Source: Octopus sinensis (lineage: Eukaryota). Taken from it: a stretch of 64,000 nt of DNA. Below, in pieces: positions 1-14,000 of the stretch. The notes under the pieces were generated by a model. The model searched no databases. It was not told the DNA's origin and saw only the letters and a list, made by a program, of their open reading frames with translations. The DNA lies in NCBI RefSeq assembly GCF_006345805.1, contig NC_042999.1:58590001-58654000 (forward strand). Reading direction: 5' to 3'. Positions within the stretch are counted from its first letter, which is position 1, and every line of letters starts with the position of its first letter. A program made the position numbers and the translations under genes.

Positions 1-589
1 ACCCATCTATCGATCGAACCATCAAATGATCCATCCGTCGTCCGTCCGTCCGTTCATCCATCTGTTCGTAGATATATGCTTTCGCTGAGTGAATGTGTTG
101 AAATACCTTAGAAAGTAAAAGCATTCTTACGATTCTGCATATATTATTTCCACATAAAAATTGAATATCTTTGGTTTTGTTTTTATGCAATCACTCAGGG
201 TATTTTCTTTCTCTCAAAACAAAAATATAACACCCGACAAAACCACCATGAGAGTCTCTAGAAAGCATACAGGCTCAACAAATTATTTACAACAGACTAA
301 ATCCGAGGAATATTTCATTAAGATTATGTATATTCTTTCAAATATATTTTCTTGCTTGTCGTGTCCTAAAAATTTTTCTGTGAGCAGATGAAAAAGAGAA
401 ATATATTTAAACATAACGCATTTCATTTGTCAATACATGTAACGTGACATTCATATTTTTTTTTGTCAGTTACATCCAGTTCTTTCTAAGCCCTTTACGT
501 ATGGCATAATTCTTGCTATTCTGAGAAGTATTATTTCAGCATTAATTTTATATAAATACACGCATATTTGCAAGTGTACATATCTGAAA

Positions 590-848
590 AACAAACACAC
601 AGCCTCACACACTCACAGTACAAATACGCGCGCGCGCTTACACGTATGCATATTTGTATACGAACAGATATATATGATCTGTGTGTACATATGTATACAT
701 TAATATAGATATTCACTCATATACCTATGTACATACAAACACAAATACACACACACACTTATATATATACATATATATATTTACATAAATACATATATAC
801 ACACATGCAAATATATGTATTTATGTAAATATATATACATATATATAT

Positions 849-895
<47 letters not shown>

Positions 896-1580
896 CTTAC
901 ATAAATATATATATTCACACTCATGCATATATATACATACATATATATACTTACATAAATACATATATCCACACTCATGCATATATATATATATATATAC
1001 ATATATATATTTGCATAAATACATTATACACACATGCATATATATATACATATATATACATACATGTGTAAAAATTTACATATATACACGTGTGTATACT
1101 TATGGACAAACGTATATATTACATGAGTATATAAAAGTTTCTGTATGAATATGTGTATAAAGATATGCATATGTATGTATGTATGCATGTGGGTATGCAT
1201 GTACGTATCTATGGCAGTGTGAACGTACAACAAGACCCAGTGTTATGCGCCATATCTGGGTGTGCGTGCGTTCTGATAAAATATATATTTTAGAAACGCT
1301 ATGTAACTCTGTAATTAGATTTAAATTTTGATAAACAAGTAGAAGAATTATCCAAACTGTAAAATAAATTAACGAAATAAATAAGAAAAATAATAATTCA
1401 AGTCATAGAAAATAGGTTTCAATACTTTATTTTACTTTCAATAATATATTTTCGAAACAACTACTGACGTAAACACGAAATGAGAAGTAGAGAACCTAAA
1501 ATAGACAAATTCTCCGTCTCCCTCTCTCATATATAAACTACATACATACAACATACATACATACATACATCCATACATAC

Positions 1581-1626
<46 letters not shown>

Positions 1627-1878
1627 ATTATAATATGTATACATGTACATATGTATGTATATACATACGTGCATACTTATATGCGTATATAAACACGAAA
1701 GCATACGCATATACACATATATAATTAAAAATGTGTTTTAGTAAGATGAGGGTTGATAATTTTTTTCAAATTAAAGAAACACGCTTTTTGCAAGAGCATA
1801 ATCCATTAAATTTATACATGTATGTATATATTTGTATATATATCCACATGTATCAATATGTATGTGCGCGCGAGTGAT

Positions 1879-1933
<55 letters not shown>

Positions 1934-2671
1934 GTCTATATGTGCGTGTGTGTGTGTAGATGCGTATGTGCATTGGAATATCTAGTTCCAGCTCTCAAAA
2001 AACAAATATCCGCAATCATTATTTGACATGTGCCTTCTGCTCATGTCATGTTTCTTTAGCAAATCGTGCCTCTTTAGATATTTACTCACTGTCACACACA
2101 CACACACACATACACATCACACACACATTCTCTCACAAACACAACCTCACACACGCACAGATGAACACACGTATACACATATATACGCAAGTTCATACGT
2201 ACACATATGCATATATTAACATACATATTAGGCACACACAATGGGTACACTCTTACAGATAATACTTACAGTTTTAAAGAAATCTACTTTCGACACACAG
2301 ACATTCACACGCAAATAAATATATGCCGTACACATGTACACACATGTACATAACATACAACACATACATACAATACGTGGATATATATTTATACACATAT
2401 TATATACATGTGTTGTGTGTATACGTTAAGCTTATATATATATATGTATAATACATGCATATGTGTGTATATGTATGTATTTATATATATATATAAATAT
2501 GTATGTATGTATTTATGTATGATTGCAGGTATGTAAGTTTATGTATACATGCATACATACATACACATACACACACACAGACATATATATATACTATATA
2601 TATATATATATATATTATATATAATATATATATATAATATATATGTATATCTATCTATATATCTCTATCTA

Positions 2672-2706
<35 letters not shown>

Positions 2707-3134
2707 ATATATATATATCATCTATCTATCTATCTTATATATATATTATATTATATATATATATGTATCTATCTATCTCATCATCTCTCTCTCTCTCATT
2801 TCTCTATATATATTAGAAATATATATATATAAATATATATATTATATACGTATGTTTATATCTGTAATTTACACCCACGTATATAGATACGTGTGGCATT
2901 ATGGATTTGTTAATGCACACACGTATGCATATTCATTCACACATAACGAATACATACATACATGTGTGTGTATGCAATGTTGATAACTGATCTATGATGT
3001 AATTGGTTTACATAAAGAAATATAAAAATAATATATTATATATATATATATATATATATAATATTTATATCTATCTATATATCTATCTATCTATCTATCT
3101 ATATATATATATATCTATATATATATATGTATAT

Positions 3135-3227
<93 letters not shown>

Positions 3228-3835
3228 CGTATGTTTATATCTGTAAATTTACACCCACGTATATAGATACGTGTGGCATTATGGATTTGTTAATGCACAC
3301 ACGTATGCATATTCATTCACACATAACGAATACATACATACATGTGTGTGTATGCAATGTTGATAACTGATCTATGATGTAATTGGGTTTACATAAAGAA
3401 ATATAAAAATAATATATATATATATATATATGTTTTAGTTAAAACAACTGCATAGAAAATCTGCTGAGTTTACAATCTATTATATATTATATAATAATGC
3501 TCTACAAAGTTTCTAAAATTGCATTGAATTACATGCATACATACACATATACATGCACATATACATGCACATATATATATTATCTGATACTCAAACATAC
3601 ACAAACTCTTATATGCATGGATACCAAAATAAGTAGAAATTTCTATTCAACGAACACCATGTAAGTTTGTTTGTATGTATGTATGTATGTATGTATGTAT
3701 GTATGTATGTATGTATGTATGTATGTACGTATGTATGTATGTATGTATGTATGTATGTATGTATGTATGTACGTACGTATGTATGTATGTATGTATGTAT
3801 GTATGTATGTATGTATGTATGTATGTATGTATGTA
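590..3835. repeat. Compound microsatellite-rich region: (TA)n, (CA/TG)n, (TATG)n, (TC)n, (TATC)n
   Basis: Directly visible tracts, e.g. (TG)n ~1881-1955 and (TATG)n ~3673-3835. All ORFs here are YI/HT/CV/MYVC repeats. Confidence 0.95.
2846..3420 (+). repeat. ~190-bp near-exact direct duplication (about 2846-3040 and 3226-3420)
   Basis: The block tacgtatgtttatatctgt...aaatataaaaataatatat occurs twice. The visible differences are homopolymer lengths (aattt/aaattt, ggttt/gggttt). Confidence 0.95.
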
Positions 3836-4263
3836 TTATTTGTACGGGAGTGTTTTCATTCTCATTATTATTCTGATTTCAATGTATTCTTAAATGGAAA
3901 TTTAACATGTTGTATTATGTTGAAGTTAGGTTTCTTTCAAAAAGGAATCAGCTTATAAATTGAATACATTGCGGTTTGTGTAAAATATCACAATAGCAAC
4001 TAATAAAATAAGATGTGTTATTTCTCTATTTTCTCGATAAACGGGACATCATTCTTCCTCTCGCTCCATCCACCATTCTCCCCCCCACCCCTCACGAAAC
4101 TCCTGTTATATACTAAATTGAAACAAACAAACAAACACTCACACACACGCACCCCACCACATATATTTATGTATGCACACATACATACACATTTATATAC
4201 ATATCTATGTGTGTGTATATAATATCTTTAACATCATCATCATTATCATCATCATCATCATTT

Positions 4264-4510
4264 AAACAGTTTCGCGTGAGTTTCTACTCAACCACCAGGT
4301 GTACCCCCTTATTGTTGTGGTGGTGTGCGTAGCATTGTGTTTTGGGAAGTACAGGCTTGTATTCTCATGAAATATCTATTTTGATTTATTGCAAGGTTTG
4401 TATTATTGTTTTTGTGTGATATTCTAATATATCGCCTGTTCTGTTTATTGTAAAGACTATAAACTATATTGGTCGTATCATATTGTTGGTTGGTAAATCT
4501 CCAGAGCACG
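4264..4510 (-). mobile_element. Putative decayed Penelope-like element 3' end (GIY-YIG C-terminus-like sequence plus hammerhead-like motif)
   Basis: Minus-strand peptide LWRFTNQQYDTTNIVYSLY...AINQNRYFMRIQACT loosely follows the W..Y..CxLC..EK..LN..C pattern at the end of PLE ORFs. It is followed by CTGGTGG-tgagt agaa actca-cgcGAAActgttt. Confidence 0.35.
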
Positions 4511-4512
4511 TA

Positions 4513-4736
4513 TTACTCTTACTCTTTTACTCTTTTAGTTGTTTCAGTCATTTGACTGCGGCCATGCTGGAGCACCGCCTTTAGTGGAGCAAATCGATCC
4601 CGGGACTTATTCCTTGTAAGCCCAGTACTTATTCTATCGGTCTCTTTTGCCGAACCGCTAAGTGACGGGGACGTAAACACACCAGCATCAGTTGTCAAGC
4701 AATGCTAGAGGGACAAACACAGACACACAAACATAT

Positions 4737-4767
<31 letters not shown>

Positions 4768-4940
4768 CATATATACGACAGGCTTCTTTCAGTTTCCGTC
4801 TACCAAATCCACTCACAAGGCTTTGGTCGGCCCGAGGCTATAGCAGAAGACACTTGCCCAAGATGCCACGCAGTGGGACTGAACCCAGAACCATGTGGTT
4901 GGTAGGCAAGCTACTTACCACACAGCCACTCCTGCGCCTA
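4513..4940 (-). mobile_element. tRNA-derived SINE, group A (CORE-like segment, internal microsatellite), full length
   Basis: Reverse complement of the 5308-5734 copy: head ggcgcaggagtggctgtgtggtaag, B-box-like gggttcagtccc, CORE-like cttgggcaagtgtctt and (aagagta)-type tail. Confidence 0.9.
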
Positions 4941-5307
4941 TCCGTATTGTGTAAGTCGTACTGTAAAAATAGATGGCGTTTGTTTAATATATAATATACA
5001 TTTGTGTTGTTTTTCTGAAATCGGTCTTGAGCAGCATGTTGTATGTGCCTAGCAGGACTAATTTCCGACTGTTTGCATATAGTTGTGAAACATAGTATTG
5101 TTTCTAGTTTGACTCATGTTTTTCTTTATCATACCCAGTGTTCCAGTTACATTACTAGCATCTTTACTTTCATACCAAACATCCTGTTTTTTTTTTCTAT
5201 TTCAAGATCCTTGTTCTTTGACGTTTTATCGATTTCTCTTTGGTCAGAAGAAATCAAGATATTTAACGGAATATACAGATTTCGTTCCTTTCATTTATAA
5301 TTATATA

Positions 5308-5467
5308 GGCGCAGGAGTAGCTGTGTGGTAAGTAGCTTGCTTACCAACTGCATGTTCTGGGTTCAATCCCACTTTGTGGCACCTTGGGTAAGCGTCTTCT
5401 ACTATAGCCTCGAGCGACCAAAGCCTTGTGAGTGGATTTGGTAGACGGAAACTGAAAGAAGCCCGTC

Positions 5468-5523
<56 letters not shown>

Positions 5524-5734
5524 ATGTTTGTGTGTCTGTGTTTGTCCCCCCAACATCGCTTGACAACCGATGCTGGTGTGTTTACGTCCCCGTAACTTAA
5601 CAGTTCGGCAAAAGAGACCGATAGAATAAGTTCTAGGCTTACAAAGAATAAGTCCTGGGTTGATTTGCTCGACTAAAGGCGGTGCTCCAGTATGGCCGCA
5701 GTCAAACGACTGAAACAAGTAAAAGAGTAAAAGA
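5308..5734 (+). mobile_element. tRNA-derived SINE, group A, full length
   Basis: A-box-like tagctgtgtggtaag, B-box-like gggttcaatccc, caccttgggtaag CORE-like motif, internal (TA)n(TG)n and 3' gactgaaacaagtaaaagagtaaaagag. More than ten related copies occur in the window. Confidence 0.9.
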
Positions 5735-6047
5735 GGTCGAATGGAGGTCCTATTCTTGTTAATATGGACAGCGGAGTCTTCAGTCTTTGCGGCTCGATCG
5801 TTGTCATGGACTATGTTCGGTACATGCTTTATCACTTCTTTATTTTCACGTAAAAAATGGTAATATTTTGCTCAATCTACACACATGTCTGCTTAATTGT
5901 AACTGCAGATAAACTCGAACTGTGAAAAGACTAGGCAGTCGGAAACTGTGTAGTCTGTTATTTCACTTACCGGTAGCATGGTCTGCATTTGATGTAAGGC
6001 TCTTATTTTATTGTATATTCTTTGTTTTGCTTACCGATGAAGGCATT

Positions 6048-6340
6048 CCGCTCACGATCGTACGAATGTGGGTTCGGTTCACGGTGGTGCGGTGTGTTCT
6101 TGAGCAAGACACTTTATTTCCGGTTCTTCCAGTCTACTCAGCTGGAGAAAATGAATAGTACCTGTATTTCAAAGGACCAGCCTTGTCACATTCTGTGTCA
6201 CGTTGAATCTCCCGGAGAACTACGTTAAGGGTACGCATGTTTCTGGAGTGCTCAGCCACTTGCATGTTAATTGCACGAGCTGGCTGTTCCTTTGATCGGA
6301 TCAACCAGAACTCTCGTCGGCATAGGCGACGAAGTGCCAG
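6048..6340 (+). mobile_element. tRNA-derived SINE, group C (body type 1), 5'-eroded
   Basis: gtgttcttgagcaagacactttatttc...actcagctg core, then gtcacgttgaatctccc...cagccacttgcatgttaatt. It matches 39608-40156 in reverse. Confidence 0.8.
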
Positions 6341-7130
6341 CTTTTCTATCACTTTTTGGCGCAAGATTGACCAGAAGTCCCACTTTATCTTTTAGTCCCT
6401 AGGTTTTGGCTTTTATCCTAGCTTACACATCGTTTGTCGAAATTTGCAGGGTATTGGCATGGAATAGCTTTCACCATTTTTTCATTAGATATTTTGTCTT
6501 GAAATTACGATTTTAAATCTAAAAACAATAAAGGAAAATTTAAAAAAAATCTGTTAGTTGTTTTATCTTTCTCCATATCATTGTTTGCAGCCTTGTTTGC
6601 TTCGAGTTTGTACTTTATGGTCTTCTTTATATACTGAAAGCATTTTTATATGCTTCACATTTCCCTGTTACACAGGGAAATGTGAGACTTCGTTTTAAGT
6701 GTTACAGTGTCGTAGTTGCCTTTCCGTATTAAGTTATAGCCATCATTTGTGAACACTATTCTACATATATAACTGCATATATAAGACTTTAAAGTTGTGA
6801 CTTAGACACAACGTTGGTACTTTCTTAGTTTTTCTAAGTTCTTCAATTGACTTTACTTTTATATTCATCTTATTCAAGACTTTCTCCTTCAAAAACTAGA
6901 AATGGCTATTTTGGTAAGGAAGAAAATGCTGCAAAAATTAGATACTAGAATGCCGTTGATGTCTAAAACAGACCGAGCAGATCTATATGCAATGTATCGC
7001 ATTATTTCTCTGTCTATCTGTCTGTCTGTTTATATATACATGCCTATATATACGTATTGTAGATAAATAGACATAGATATACATACATACGTATCCGACA
7101 CACAAATTCGTGAAGCCTTCCATATTTTCT

Positions 7131-7235
7131 AGGCGCAGGAGTAGCTGTGTGGTAAGTAGGTTGCTTACCAACCATATATTTTTCTAAGTACCTCATTTCT
7201 TCTAATATAAAATAACTGTACATCATCTCCAAACC

Positions 7236-7242
<7 letters not shown>
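7131..7242. mobile_element. SINE A head fragment (7131-7173, +) fused to a fragment of the 16391/19931 repeat in inverted orientation (7176-7242)
   Basis: ggcgcaggagtagctgtgtggtaag...accaacca is followed by the reverse complement of attagaaggtttggagatgatgtaca...gaggtact. Confidence 0.8.
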
Positions 7243-7276
<34 letters not shown>

Positions 7277-7330
7277 TTATGTATATATATATTATAGATT
7301 GATAAGCTAGATATACATACAAACGTATCC

Positions 7331-7389
<59 letters not shown>

Positions 7390-7444
7390 ATATATATATA
7401 GATTATATATATGGATTGTCGCAAACATATGAGCATCTGAATGT

Positions 7445-7935
7445 TTTCCGAAACTATGCAATAGCTGCCTCTCGAATCATATTGAGAATTTCCTCATCAT
7501 CAGCTTCTATCAGTCCCAGTCTTTTACAAGCCTCTTGATAAGTATGCCATAAAATTCCATCCACCGTTCTTAAATCGACAAAATTCGCTCTTGGTTTATG
7601 ACTCGGTAACATTCTCATAAAGCATAGCCCTGCCTTCCGAGGATTCTTGTTGATGATGGGAATCCTACCAATCACATACTACAGACTGTCATTTCACGTT
7701 ATCCTCCCTCCCAAACTGTTTCTTTTAACTGCTTTGGTTCTTCTCACAAATTATTCCCGAACCATCTGTAATACTGGAAGATAACTGGGTAAACAATATT
7801 ATTCCCCTCTGGAACAACGGTATTATGTTCAAAGAATACAATAAAGGCAGTCGCCGGTTGGTTACGGTTTACGACATTGTTTCCCTCATTAAGCACAAAA
7901 TGAACATTCTGTTCACTCTCTAGATTCTTCGGAAA
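7445..7935 (-). pseudogene. Helitron Rep-helicase remnant (region between the Rep and PIF1-like helicase domains)
   Basis: Minus-strand translation NLESEQNVHF...ATAFIVFFEHN...NIVYPVIFQYYRW then IGRIPII...FMRML...FVDLRTVDGILWHTYQEACKRLGLIEADDE. This matches the Helitron pattern HLE..Q.VYF / TLT.FF / LLY...P.YY.W / IGR / F.DLRTV.G...TY.EAC..LGLLEDD. It carries a stop and frameshifts. Confidence 0.85.
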
Positions 7936-8279
7936 TTTTTTTCATTGAGGATTTTGGTTTTGTATCGAAAACTCATAATGTTTGCTATAAGCATAGGAAG
8001 TACTGATATATTGTGTATTGACAAATGTTTGAATTTATCCCGAGCCTGGTATTTGAACTGTCACATGTTAACAGGAAGCGGAAGTGTTATAGCAGGAATT
8101 GTAGGAATTGGATTTAGAAAATATTTCTGATATATATATATATATATATATATATGTAATGCATGTATGTATTTTTATATATATATATATTGTATGTATA
8201 TATATTATATATATTATATATAAATACATACATGCATACATATATATATATATATATATATGTATGCATGTATGTTTTT

Positions 8280-8374
<95 letters not shown>

Positions 8375-8396
8375 GTATGTATTATTTATATATATT

Positions 8397-8620
8397 AGCC
8401 GTATAGCCGGTGTTTTCAAGCGATGAATAGCTTTGCGGAAACCATGGTACGCTTTGTTTTCTGACTTTATAATCATCTTATAATCATCTCATAATAATGA
8501 CTTTTATGACTTTTATTACTACCTCAGTCAATCTAAATGTATATATTTGTCGTTACCTGTCATAAAAAGCATTTTTTTATTTACAATGTGCATTTTCGTT
8601 GATTTTTCATATTTTACCCC
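8397..8620 (+). mobile_element. Short unique block within (TA)n carrying a variant hammerhead-like motif; putative Penelope-like terminal repeat
   Basis: aagcg-ATGAATA-gc ttt gc-g-GAAA-ccatgg-TA-cgctt at 8418-8454, with (TA)n on both sides of the block. Confidence 0.45.
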
Positions 8621-9014
8621 TATATATATATATATATATAATATTATATATATATATATATATATGTATATTTGTATATATTTATGAGTGTGTGTGTGTG
8701 TGTGAAGTGTGTGCGCGTGCATCTTTATATTGGACACTGCCCTATCGGTTATACGGTGGCGGTTTATTCACTCCTCCAAAACTTAGCGGATGAGCAAAGC
8801 AGAACGATGCAATAAGAACTAGACATTTAAAGATATGCGCTGCGGTCCATTTTATCGACCAAAACTCAGCTTGGTCGTAGTCAAATAACTGAAATAAGTA
8901 AGATAGTAAAACATTGCACGTGACAGTATCGATTAAGCTGCTTAATGTGATTAAAGTCAAAACAAATTTACTAAAATACTAAAAAAAAAGCATACATTTC
9001 TGACACAATAACAC

Positions 9015-9040
9015 TGAAGATGATGATGATGTTAATAAAA

Positions 9041-9071
<31 letters not shown>

Positions 9072-9099
9072 GCTACTGCTGCTGCTGCTGCTGCTGCTG

Positions 9100-9142
<43 letters not shown>

Positions 9143-9159
9143 GAATAATAATAATAATG

Positions 9160-9223
<64 letters not shown>

Positions 9224-9295
9224 TAATAATAAACCACAACAATAACAACAACCATAATAATAATTATGATGATGATGATGATGACGACGACGTCG
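9015..9295. repeat. Compound trinucleotide tract (CTA)n(CTG)n(AAT)n(GAT)n
   Basis: Directly visible. It explains the poly-S/I/L/V ORFs. Confidence 0.95.
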
Positions 9296-10265
9296 ACGTG
9301 CAATTTCTGTTGTTCTTAACAAGGTGATAAAATCGTTTTTAAGAAATGTGTCCAAGACTAAAAACTGATCAGTGTAATGAATGTATAATGGAAATGATGA
9401 ATGTCAGAAAGTAGTCAGGACTGATGCATCTAAAGACAAACACAGTGTTTTATGAAATTACGAAGACAAGCAATCGAAATATTTTTCTAATGGAATTTGT
9501 CAAGGCAAATGTGAGTGGTTATGGAATGTTTCACCGATGTATTTATTATCGACGAAATGTCAGGACGTGTTAAACTCGATTCACTTAAAACGTGGAATGA
9601 GAAGAAGAAGACAGTTATTATCTTGAGAGGAGCACTATTAAAATCGAGCCATCGACACATCAATCGCTGTCAGCAATGAGAATATCGATCCGATTTATAG
9701 AACTATTACCTTTCCTTCGTTTTATCAACTTCTTAACAGCTGCAACTACATGTTCATAGATCAGTTGTATCTCTTAGGCAGCTTAATACCTTTGATAAAG
9801 GGATGAAAGCCATACATGAATAAATTTGGGAATTTGTTCTTAAGTAAGATATTATTAAATCATTGACATATTACTACTTATCTGTCACTTCATCATAGAA
9901 TACAAGGTTTGTTGTATACGACTAACTGAAAGGAATTTAGATGCTGAAATATTTACTGATAAGATCAGGCGAAGTAAATATCTTTAAAATACTTCTGAAA
10001 ATATCGACCAGAATTGCTTAATAAAATTTTAAACTGAATACAGTGATTAGGAAAAATATGGCGGGTTGGTTAGTATTATTTCTGGGTTAGCAAGTAAGGA
10101 AGGCGAATTAATATGTTTCTAAACTTAATCTGTCATCAGCTGAAGTACAGTCATCGCCAGTTGCATGCTGGGGCTGAAGTAACTAGACTACTATACAGAA
10201 ACGTTAGCGATTCCCGGAATTGAGGTTTATTGTTTAAATAGTATTTTTGATATATAGTTGTAATC

Positions 10266-10470
10266 GGACGGTGAGTTGGCAGAATCGTTACCGCACCGGG
10301 CATTTTGTCCGCCTTTACGTTTGGAGTTCAAATTCCGCCGAGTTGACTTTGCCTTTCATCCTTTCGGGGTCGATAAAATAAGTACCAGTTGAGGAGAGGG
10401 GTCGATGAAATTGACATTATCTATTCTCTCATAACATTGTGCTTCTGCCAAAATTTGAAACCGATATCTG
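10266..10470 (+). mobile_element. tRNA-derived SINE, group B, diverged monomer
   Basis: ggtgagttggcagaatcgtta head, gagttcaaattcc B-box, gcctttcatcctttcggggtcgataaaataagtaccag central domain. Confidence 0.85.
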
Positions 10471-12326
10471 GTTATAATTTTGTTATACCCACAAATGAAG
10501 GGGTTCGCTCAATAAACTTTTAGGGTGGTGGATTGGACCGGATTGGAAATGCTTTGCTTTATTTCTTTATTTTTTACATTCCACCTTTTGTGATGAAAGA
10601 ATCATTGCACATCAAATTACAGAAAAAAAATCTGCATGTGGAAATCCACATGCAGGAAAGAGTTAAAACATTATTTGTCAGGCTGAATGAAAGAAATTGT
10701 GACTTCCGGTTAAATGTGTTACCGGCCACTTTACCTATTTCCCTCAATAGTGAAGTAAATATTTTTTGACACTTTTTCAGAATCTCTCATTCATGTAAGA
10801 CATATTGCAACCGCCATTGAAACCCAGTTAGTCTCTGTAGCTCCATTCATGTGAGAACGTGTAAATATTTACTTCTTAAAACATTGTATATAGGGAAAAT
10901 GTTGCTTCTTTAACACTTGAAAGGATCTCACATTTGTTTCTTTTTGTTTTTGTATGCATTTGAGGATACTACAAAAATATGACTTATGCTCTATATTTTC
11001 GATACAGTGATCACATTTTAAATAAAATCAACAGGTCGTATTTAGCCTTCAGGTTGCAACCTCTGCATTAATAAATAGGCGCAATTTATCATTTATTAAG
11101 TTATTTCATATAATTCGATTTGAATTTACTGCGTGAAGTAAATGCTATGTTATTATTCCTTGGCATAGATCATTGGCCTATTGCAGGAAAGGTTTTGATA
11201 AATGTGGTAATTGATGAGAAATGAAACAATGAGAAGACGGAATCTTTATGCGGTTGTTCGAACTACAAAAATAGCAGCCCTACTTCCCTTCAATAACACC
11301 CAATTTCATAGAAAAAGATACATTAGTAAAGTAGTCCCTGTATATAAAGAGATGAGATAGACCACTAGAACGCTTTTAATCATAGGATTTTATTATTTAT
11401 TCCATTTACACCCAAGATGTTTTATAAGTATATTCAATCGACATTAGGAGCTGGCTGGTATTTTATTTTATCGGCCCTTCAGGGCTGAGCTGGGTTCAAC
11501 AGGAACATCACCCGATATTACGATGAATTAAATGAAATGGCGTAATGGGAACTAAACTCAACGATTCTAACTTGACACAAAATATACACGCCTGAAGTAG
11601 ATTTGAACTAATGCTAAATGACGAAGCAGTCAAATACATTATCAACACAACTCCGCCATTTTAGTTTTGCAACATACGAACAAACTCACCACCAAAAACT
11701 GATAATGTCTGATCAAATTTACCGAAGACTCCTCGTGATCTCGCATGTAATAATTTCATGCACATTAAGTAAATCGATACGGCCATTGTCTCCGTTCCGA
11801 CGAAAGAAAATATTGAATTAACGTCAATCGGTCGTCTGTACGTCCGTTATCTAACAGCTAAGAATATTGTTTCGTACATAGACAATAAACAGAGATTTTT
11901 TTGTTTTTTTTAGAAATTAATATTGTTTCAATGGCAGGTGAGAGATATTAAAAAGTTGTAACATTCATATACTACCTAATATCATTAACTACTTAGTTGC
12001 TAAAGTAGAGAAAAAAAGCATCGATATATTAGTGAAACTAAATATTTAGGGTTAAGACTAGCATGAAGCTTATCTTTAGTCAACAGTAATCAGTCACTGC
12101 TGGAAATAGTAAGGCAGCTGCAGAGAAGATAACTACTTCAGAACAAACATAGTCGAATATAGGAGATTCATGCATGATATGAGTTTTTTTTTTGTGCGTT
12201 AAATACACGATCTACGTATAATATTGCATCGGGATTCATTTTGTATATGAAGTAATAGAAAATGACTTTATCTTTCAAATGACATAAAAAGTCCCCTGTT
12301 GCGTAACATAGATAAAATTATAATTG

Positions 12327-12378
<52 letters not shown>

Positions 12379-12666
12379 GTATGTAATACACACGTTCATA
12401 TATATGTATATATACATGTTTATATATATATGCATATAAATAAATATATATGTATATATGTGTCTGTGTGTGTATGTATGTGCATGTGTGATTGTGTATG
12501 TGTGTGTGTGTGCTCGTACGCTCTCGCGCATGTATGATAAAGAAGATCACTTTACAACCAGTTCCTCGCTCAGCAGCATGGCTAAGTTTTTTCTGCAATA
12601 GCCTCCTGTTGATCTTTGATAGCGGAAATTTGGTAAACAGAAATTCTTCAGGAAAACTGTCGTATC

Positions 12667-12702
<36 letters not shown>

Positions 12703-12733
12703 CCTTCTCATTCATTCATATATATATATTTTT

Positions 12734-12783
<50 letters not shown>

Positions 12784-12844
12784 AATATATATATATATAT
12801 ATATATAGTATATATATATATATAAATATATATAATAATAATAT

Positions 12845-14000
12845 TAGGGCAATAAATCCAAACTTACAGACGGAAAAATGAGGATTTAGGATTAAATCCA
12901 ATTTTATAGTATAAATATATTATATTATATTAAATTAGAGATAAAACCACTATTAGGCAAATCAAACAGTGAAAAATATAAGCCAGTATATAAAATAATT
13001 TAAAATATAAAAGTTAAAAATAAAAAATTATTTAAATGATTTAAACTTATAAATTTTATATATATATACAAATATATTTATATATATATATATATGTATG
13101 TATATTTTTATATTTATATATTATTTTATTAATTAATTAATTAATTTATTTATTTACTTTTTTATTTTTATTTTTTTATTTATATATATCAAAATTATTA
13201 AAAGTTTAATAAAAGATATGTGCCTCTTGGTCGCTTTGGTACGTTTCAGAGAAGCAAGCTATCTATGAATAAGCAACCCTCCAGTTGCCTTGCAGAAATG
13301 CAGAACAAATTTTGTGAACTTCCTTTTGTCAGAATATAACTTCTCCAAAAATAGTATCTCTCAGCAGCTGTGTACGTTAACTAGATACCTTGCAGTCGGA
13401 GATTAAACCGTGCCATAGAATCAGTAATGTTTTACTTTCAAAGTTGTAGCACACGGTTTGCCGGGGTTCGATCACTTCAAGTAACAGTCCCTCAGCTATG
13501 GATAAAATGGTAAAATATTCTCATTAGTTTGAAGCGCTGAAGATGCAAAGTTACTGGATACAAACATTGGCTATAATACCGCGGTGGAATCCTGTACATG
13601 ATATGCTATGTCTATTCAGCATTTTTTTCAGCAACTCCGGTAACCACACTGGTTCCAGATGTACTAATTTTGCTTCTCGCTCGGCTACCCCTCAGAAGAT
13701 GAGGGGAGGTGTTGACTCATGGGCAAACCAAGGCCTCATAAAACTTCTCAGGGCCTTTTCCCCTTATTTTCTTTCCCACTTCTTTTCTCATGAGAGATTG
13801 TGTGTGTGTGTGTGTGTGCTTTGGCTTTGTGGAACAAAGGCAGAATACAGGAAGCAGCAGTTAAGGTTATTGGTGTTGAGGGGATGGGGACAGTGCGGAC
13901 CGTCTTCGTTGCATGGAGGAACCATTGTCCCTTCAGCAATCACCCGCCTTAAGCTGGATAGTCCCTTGTCAGTAAGTGGCTGATGTACACAGTGTGGTTA
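12845..14000 (-). mobile_element. Unclassified decayed element, possibly the N-terminal part of a Penelope-like element
   Basis: It abuts (TA)n. The minus strand has interrupted coding-like stretches (IAEGLLLEVIEP; MARFNLRLQGI; KLYSDKRKFTKFVLHFCK; LASLKRTKATKRHISFIKL). No diagnostic RT motif is visible. Confidence 0.3.

Noticed and set aside
1460-1495. ctgacgt...gaaa and similar partial hammerhead words (also near 19045 and 62085-62125)
   Set aside because: The stems are missing or too weak to support the fold.
10632-10655. 11-bp perfect inverted repeat ctgcatgtgga-aa-tccacatgcag
   Set aside because: It is isolated, with no element boundary or other support.
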